Source: Macrostomum hystrix (lineage: Eukaryota; Animalia; Platyhelminthes). From it: a stretch of 64,000 nucleotides of DNA. Made by a program: the position numbers and the translations under genes. Every line of letters begins with the position of its first letter. Position 1 is the stretch's first letter. The stretch covers positions 8,122,001 through 8,186,000 of the forward strand of contig CATNEN010000002.1 in the NCBI GenBank assembly GCA_950097015.1, written 5' to 3'. Positions 58,155 to 64,000 of the stretch are shown here, in pieces. The notes under the pieces were generated by a model that ran no database searches, was not told where the DNA came from, and saw only the letters and a list, made by a program, of their open reading frames with translations.

Positions 58155-60343
58155 AACTACAGAATCGATTAATATTATTATCCCAGTACTAACAATTGAC
58201 AAGCCTTATTGCTAAATTGTCGTGCTTTGAGTCTGAAGCAAACAGTATTTTACAATTGAGCATGTGAAGAATAAAAAATAAATAGAAATCAGATTTATTG
58301 TGCTTTGGCTGCATGTACACGGAATACTTAATCGTTATTAGAACAAAAAGTACAGAAAGGAGACACAAATTATAATAGGACTCGGGAATGCAAGCTTAAT
58401 ACTTAAGGCGTTAAAATTTTTCATTTCGGCTGGTATTATTAATTAGCCGACTATAAACCATGCAAAATAATTACCAGATTTAGCTGCAAAAATATGACAT
58501 TTGTACTGTCTCAAGGTAAGTCATTATTAATATTATTATTAGGCAGTGGTTGCTTGCGGAAGCGCCGCAGAGGAAGAGGTAGCAACAGCAGCAGCTGACG
58601 ATGCTGTTGAATTAGACGGAGTGGAATTCTCGTCAAGCAGAACTTCACTGAGCGGTCGTTGGCGCCTTTTAGTTGCAATGCGGTCAGTTGTGGTAATGGC
58701 AGATCGCTGCTGCTGATGCTGTTGCTGGGCGGTGAAAGACATTTTAGACATTGCACTGACAGTGCTAGCCACTATTGAAGCAGCAGAGGCGGCCGTCAGA
58801 CAGAATCTTTTCTGACGCTTCGCTTCTGAGCAGGATGAGTCTGAGTCCTCTGCTGTTGATGCCGAAGACTCAGATTGCTGCTTTTGCTGCTGAAGTTGGC
58901 GTTCGAATTCCAAAAGTTGTCCAAGAAAATTGAAATTCGGACTAATACTAGGCCGGCGAGCCTTAACGTAGCTAAAAACAGAAGAAGTCACTTTGTTAGG
59001 TTGTGCATAATTAGCCTTTCTAAAAATGCATATCGCTTATAAAAATAAAATTCCGCTCACTGATAAGCTTGATCTTGAGTCATATTGAGATGCTGCATAA
59101 TGTATGCAATCACCATGGTTGGAGAGCGAGACACGCCAGCAAGGCAGTGTACAAGGCAGCGACCGTTGCTACGCCAGACATTGTCTAAAATGCAAGAGAA
59201 TAAAGATATATTTGTATATTTTTCGATACATATCGGCTTAATACAAACTTTTAAACGTACTGTCGATAAAACATTTTTTCGATACATATAGGCAAAAAAT
59301 GTACAACTTTTAAGTGCCAATAGCCGAGAAAAAAGTTTTTTAGGTAAAACAAACACATACCCAGAAACTGGAAAGCCAGTTTGAAATGCGGCAACAATTT
59401 GTCGGCGTAGCCGTCGTTAACTGGAACCCGCATGAAATTAGCCTCGTCGACGTGCTCCGACTGCGGACAATTGGCGCTCACATTCAATATGTGGGTAATG
59501 CCGTGACGCCGGATCACATCTGAGTCGCAGGCGTCAGTTTGAGAGCCGACGTAGACAAAACTTAATAGTTTAGTCGGTCCCTGATTCGTGGCGTAGTTTA
59601 GCTCGACTAGAAACTGTCGCTGCTGCTGCTGCTGACAACACGGGCCGACGCCATCGACACTATCAGCTCCGGCTAGGACAGCCGGGCATCTGGACTCGCA
59701 GTACTGCGGATAGGCCGCGGCGAAGTTGGCGAATTTTGGTGGTCGCAATTTTCTGCGATTCTCTGAAAACAATGAAAAACTTTAATGTTCAAATGCAAGC
59801 TAGCAAGAGTTCGCTGTTGCTGTGCAGAATTGAATTGCTGAACCTTGCAGCAAATATGTTTGCTGCAATGCCAAAGTACATCATTAGGTCAACGAAGAGG
59901 TGGCTACAGAAACAATGGGCAAAATCAATTATGGCAACTTGGATTACGCCATCCTATATACTGGAATCCTTGCTGGAATCAAATGCGGCCAAAGAGGTAT
60001 TGAAATTTAAATTTACCCATCAAATTAGACAGTGATCAGAATTTCCTATTGGTTTAAGAATATTACAATGGGCATCTGTGCCATTTGATTTCAGCCAAGA
60101 CATATGGGCATTAGAGTGGGCATTAAAGTCTCCAATTAAATGGATTGAGCTAGATGGATTAGTTAACCCAATAGGCAAATAGCCTGAATTTACAAAGCCA
60201 CAACTTTGTAACATTGACAAGATAAGAGTCATCAGCAGGAGGAGGTCTATAGACAAAACAAAAAATAGAGGGACAGGTTTTAAGTTAGAATTTATCAATA
60301 CAAAATTTGCCTAACCCGATCCACGCTGACTCTGGTGCTTGTT
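58155..60343 (-). repeat. 2189-bp inverted duplicate of 8323-10511
   Basis: Both ends map with equal length; only a few substitutions seen. Confidence 0.95.
58539..59762 (-). pseudogene. DUSP8/16-type phosphatase segment with intact HCLAGVSR but no upstream exons; exons 59762-59361, 59184-59061, 58971-58539
   Basis: TGC at 59146-59144; the 5' side is cut at 60343 against satellite. Confidence 0.8.
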
Positions 60344-60864
60344 CGTTCTACGTGGATGTTTGGCATTGTTCTAGCATGTGTCTGGCATATTCTGGCATGT
60401 GTCTGGCATGTGTGTCTATTTAGCATTGTTCTGGCATGTGTTTGGCATGTGTGTCTATTTGGCATTGTTCTGGCATGTTTGTTTTTTGAACTTGCCAAAT
60501 CTGTCAGGTCATGTTTCAGGATCCTGGACACCGCGTGGATGCCTGGCCAGAGAAAAGTAAAAGTTGCGTGGCGTTTTTCTCAAGTCGATCGAGGACTGAA
60601 AGAGCTTTCTTTGACACCAAGTGCAGCTCGATTGACCCATCAGAAATGCCCCGATCGGCCCCGATAGTGAAGCTAATCGAGTATTGGCATCGAATTTCGG
60701 CTATAAATCAATCAGACGACTTGAAGTCCAAGCAACTAGACGCGTCCATCGAGTGGATTCCTGCATCAAACAGTAGGAGTCCAGTTTTCCGAATTTTGCC
60801 CGTAACTTTTTTCGGCGACCTCCCCCAGTCTTCGGAGTAGCGTCAATCAACTCGGCGCAACGAG

Positions 60865-61437
60865 TTGCTCTTAGACAAGTTAGGTTGCCGCTCAGAGCCC
60901 AAGTTGGCACCCAATAGACAATCTCGGGGGACTCAACCGGAATCTATAGAGCATCTCCAGGCCTTTCGAACGACACCAAAATCAGTTGCCGGGGACCTCG
61001 GGAACTGTCTCGAATCGGCCCGAGGAGGCTGTAGGAAGCATTGACTTTCTGTAAAGTCAAAGACATTGACCGATTACAATGTCAAAGTCAAAGTCAAAGT
61101 TTGGCAAAGTCAAACCTTTGACAAAGTCAAACCTTTGACTCCAGGCCTTTGACTTCTGAAAGTCAAAGTCATGGAATTCTAAAAAGAGCCACAACTTTCT
61201 GTCCCGACCATCTAGAGGCGCCGGACTGGCGCCTCTAGACTCAGGGCGTCAACCTCTAGTCGAGAAATGTCATTTCCAACATTGCCCGCCGATGACGGAA
61301 ATTTCGACATGGGAAATTTTCGATTTAATTTTGCTCTTAGACAAGTTAGGTAGCCGCTCAGAGCCCAAGTTGGCACCCAATAGACAATCTCGGGGGACTC
61401 AACTGGAATCTATAGAGCATCTCCAGGCCTTTCGAAC
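60865..61437 (+). repeat. More than one unit of the ~385-bp repeat
   Basis: Two GACAAGTTAGG..GCTCAGAGCC starts, separated by the hairpin module. Confidence 0.9.
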
Positions 61438-62559
61438 TTACATGTGTATTACAACTTATATTACAACTACAGTGGTGCGGCGACTAGGCACACACCAATT
61501 CAGAACTAATCAGTCCTTTTGCAAATTGCCTACAACAAAATCTCTCCTTTTCCACCTCAGAAAGTGAAGATCAGTCCTGTTAAGGCTATCCAGCTGAAGC
61601 CCTCGGGAATAGATCTACTGCCGTCGAAGCCTTCGATCGCTACAGTTGTTCAAGCTCAAGCTGCTGCATCCATTCAAGCTCAAGGGCTTTTAATCCCCGA
61701 ACACTTTTGATGTTGGCCTGATGCAGGCAAGGACAGAGCCGAGCTAGAGCAGAACGCTCGTTCCGCGCTTAGCTTTTCGCTAAGTGCTATTCGCTAACCG
61801 CTATTCGCTAACCGCTATTTGCTAACCGCTTTTCGCTCGTTTTGTTTCGTGCCGCCATTTCGTCTTGCCGAAGTATTTTTGCAGACGAAATGACTATTTA
61901 TGTAGCTTTTCCTTTTAATATATTTTTAAACGTTTTAAAATTATTAAGTGTATGCAAGTTTTTAGTATATTTTTGTTGCTATATTTATACGTTTTGTTTT
62001 TTTGTTATAATGTATGGTTATGTTTTTGCTCAATGCAGATTGCATTGATATTTGAAACGCTGCACGTTTTCGTCGCATGACGTGCAGCTGTTTGAGGTCA
62101 CTGTGTAAGAATTCAGATTCAAATCCAAGTGCTAGTAGTGTGAGACACTACACCTCCACTCCCATCTACACCAAAGACTACCATTGACTACCTTTGAATA
62201 GAATGCTACTAACCTATAAACTTTAGACTCCTAGCATAGTTAAAATCATTCTTTAAGGATTTGGAGCTAAAAGACGTTGCTTTTTTATTTGTAAAATTTG
62301 TAACTGGGTCATGGGATATTATAAAAACAACCATTAAAAGATGTGTTTTCCTGTGACAAGGTTGTATCGGTGTTAAGGAAACCTCTTTTATGGTCATTCA
62401 CATTAAGATTTTCCTTTCATGCTACTTCTTGGCCTCTTGGAGCCCTACCTGTTAGCCAGAAGGAAAGAGACAATGATTTCTACACAATCTGCAATCGGCC
62501 AGGCTGCTTTTGGGGGCATAATTCATGGGCAACAAAATGGGCATTTCTGTTTATATTAA

Positions 62560-63122
62560 GAACTCCCTATTCTATTTGCTTGTCAGTTGTCACTTGGCAA
62601 ATTTTGTCTTGGAAAATTCTAACTTAAAACCTGTCCCTCTATTTTTATGTTTTGTCTATAGACCTGTTGATGACTCTTATCTTGTCAACATTACAAAGTT
62701 GTGGCTTTGTAAATTCAGGCTATTGCCTATTAGGTTAACAAATCCATCTAGCCCAATCTATTTAATTGGATACTTTAATGCCCACTTTAATGCCCATATT
62801 ACTTTAGCCTAGCCTATGTATCCTAGAAACTGTGATTTCATTTATATATAATAAATTTAATTTGATATTTGGTAAATTTAACAATTGTTATTTTAGTATG
62901 CCCAATATCTTGGCTGAAATCAAATGGCACAGATGCCATGGATGCCCATTGTAATATTCTTAAACCAATAGGAAATTCTGATCACTATCTGATCTCTTGT
63001 CATTTACCTAATTTGATGGGTAAATTTCAATTTCAATACCTCTTTGGCCGCATTTGATTAGCAGGTATGGCAATGCTGTCTGCTGCATTTTTTCAGTAAG
63101 TTTAAGATAGCAAGGATTCCAG
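62560..63122 (+). mobile_element. Diverged copy of the LINE endonuclease remnant
   Basis: Aligns with 8368-8705; contains CFVYRP and NSDHY. Confidence 0.65.
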
Positions 63123-63203
63123 GTGGCTAGGTGGGGAGTTGGGTGGCTAGGTGGGGAGTAGGGTGGCTAGGTGGGGAGTTGGCTAGGTGGGGAGTTGGGT
63201 GGC

Positions 63204-63419
63204 TCCATTGACTCCATTGACTATGGCCTAACAAACTTTGTCTCGGAAGTTGGCGGCATCATGGGCATCTATCTGGGCATGTCGCTTCTAACCTTGTGCA
63301 AGCTGCTTGAGTTCCTTCACAACTGTGTAGCCTCCAACTGCTGCTCAAAGCCTCGCTGTCTCTCTTCTAAGGTAGAAGAGTGCGCTGTGAAATCCACTAG
63401 TTTAGAGATGGCCGATTAG
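63204..63419 (+). pseudogene. Orphan last exon of a DEG/ENaC (ASIC-like) channel, TM2 region
   Basis: YGLTNFVSEVGGIMGIYLGMSLLTLCKLLEF fits the pre-TM2/TM2 selectivity-filter pattern; fused directly to satellite, with a 9-bp TCCATTGAC duplication at the junction. Confidence 0.75.
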
Positions 63420-63509
63420 TGAGAGCAAGAAAGCGACCACTAATTTACAGGCATAACTGTATTGCTACTGCAGTTCTGCAAAATATGACTATGGAAAACG
63501 GAAAACAAA

Positions 63510-63732
63510 CCCATTGGCATTGGCATCTGTCTGGCGTCTGTTCGGCATTAGCATGGTGTTTGGCATGTGTCTGGCATCAGTTTGGCATTGGCATAGTGTT
63601 TGGCATCTGTCTGGCATTAGTTTGGCGTCTGGCATTGCCAGCATTGGCAAACTTTTGAAATATAGTTTTGAAAACAGTAGCAAAGGTATAAAACTCCTCG
63701 CACGGAGGAGACGATTTCGGAGTTAAGCTTCG
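63510..63732. repeat. Inverted copy of the composite head plus minisatellite repeat
   Basis: Reverse complement of ~21092-21290. Confidence 0.88.
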
Positions 63733-63840
63733 TGAAAGTACCTGAGAAAATAGATTCAAATTCAATTCATATAATCCAGCATAAAAGTGGATTCGGTTAA
63801 TTTAGGTTAATAAAGGTTAATTTTAAGTTTAAGTTAAATA

Positions 63841-64000
63841 GCGGGAGCGATAGCGGGAGCAATAGCGGCAGCGATAGTGGCAGCGATAGCGGCAGCGATA
63901 GCGGCAGCGATAGCGGCAGCGATAGCGGCAGCGATAGCGGCAGCGATAGCGGCAGCGATAGCGGCAGCGATAGCGGCAGCGATAGCGGCAGCGATAGCGG
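63841..64000. repeat. 12-bp satellite (CGGCAGCGATAG)n
   Basis: Same unit and orientation as at the window start. Confidence 0.97.

Overview
This is eukaryotic, intron-containing, repeat-saturated DNA from an invertebrate. GC-rich CAG-laden exons, short AT-rich introns and dense 12-42 bp satellites suggest a free-living flatworm such as Macrostomum; that species assignment is inference only. Host-type genes: a Gab/DOS-like PH adaptor, two inverted near-identical copies of a DUSP8/16-type phosphatase segment (one with catalytic Cys->Ser), a PIM kinase with a short in-frame deletion, POLR1E/RPA49, and an orphan DEG/ENaC last exon. Mobile elements: two Ty3/Gypsy elements with apparently identical LTRs and target-site duplications (one complete; one integrase-less with a -1 frameshift signal and an extra ORF with its own TATA box), a Crypton-type tyrosine recombinase next to long palindromes, a tRNA/CORE SINE, LINE endonuclease remnants, a MITE, and a ~385-bp permuted repeat that often sits at rearrangement junctions. 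The most novel-looking item: the three separate ORFs at 0.5-3.6 kb join through phase-compatible introns into one ~880-aa STAND-like P-loop NTPase plus PD-(D/E)xK nuclease-motif protein (Crinkler/RHS-like architecture). A divergent paralog with the same intron position lies at 32-36 kb. Most other ORFs in the track are satellite- or antisense-derived artefacts. All comparisons were made by eye; no database searches were run.
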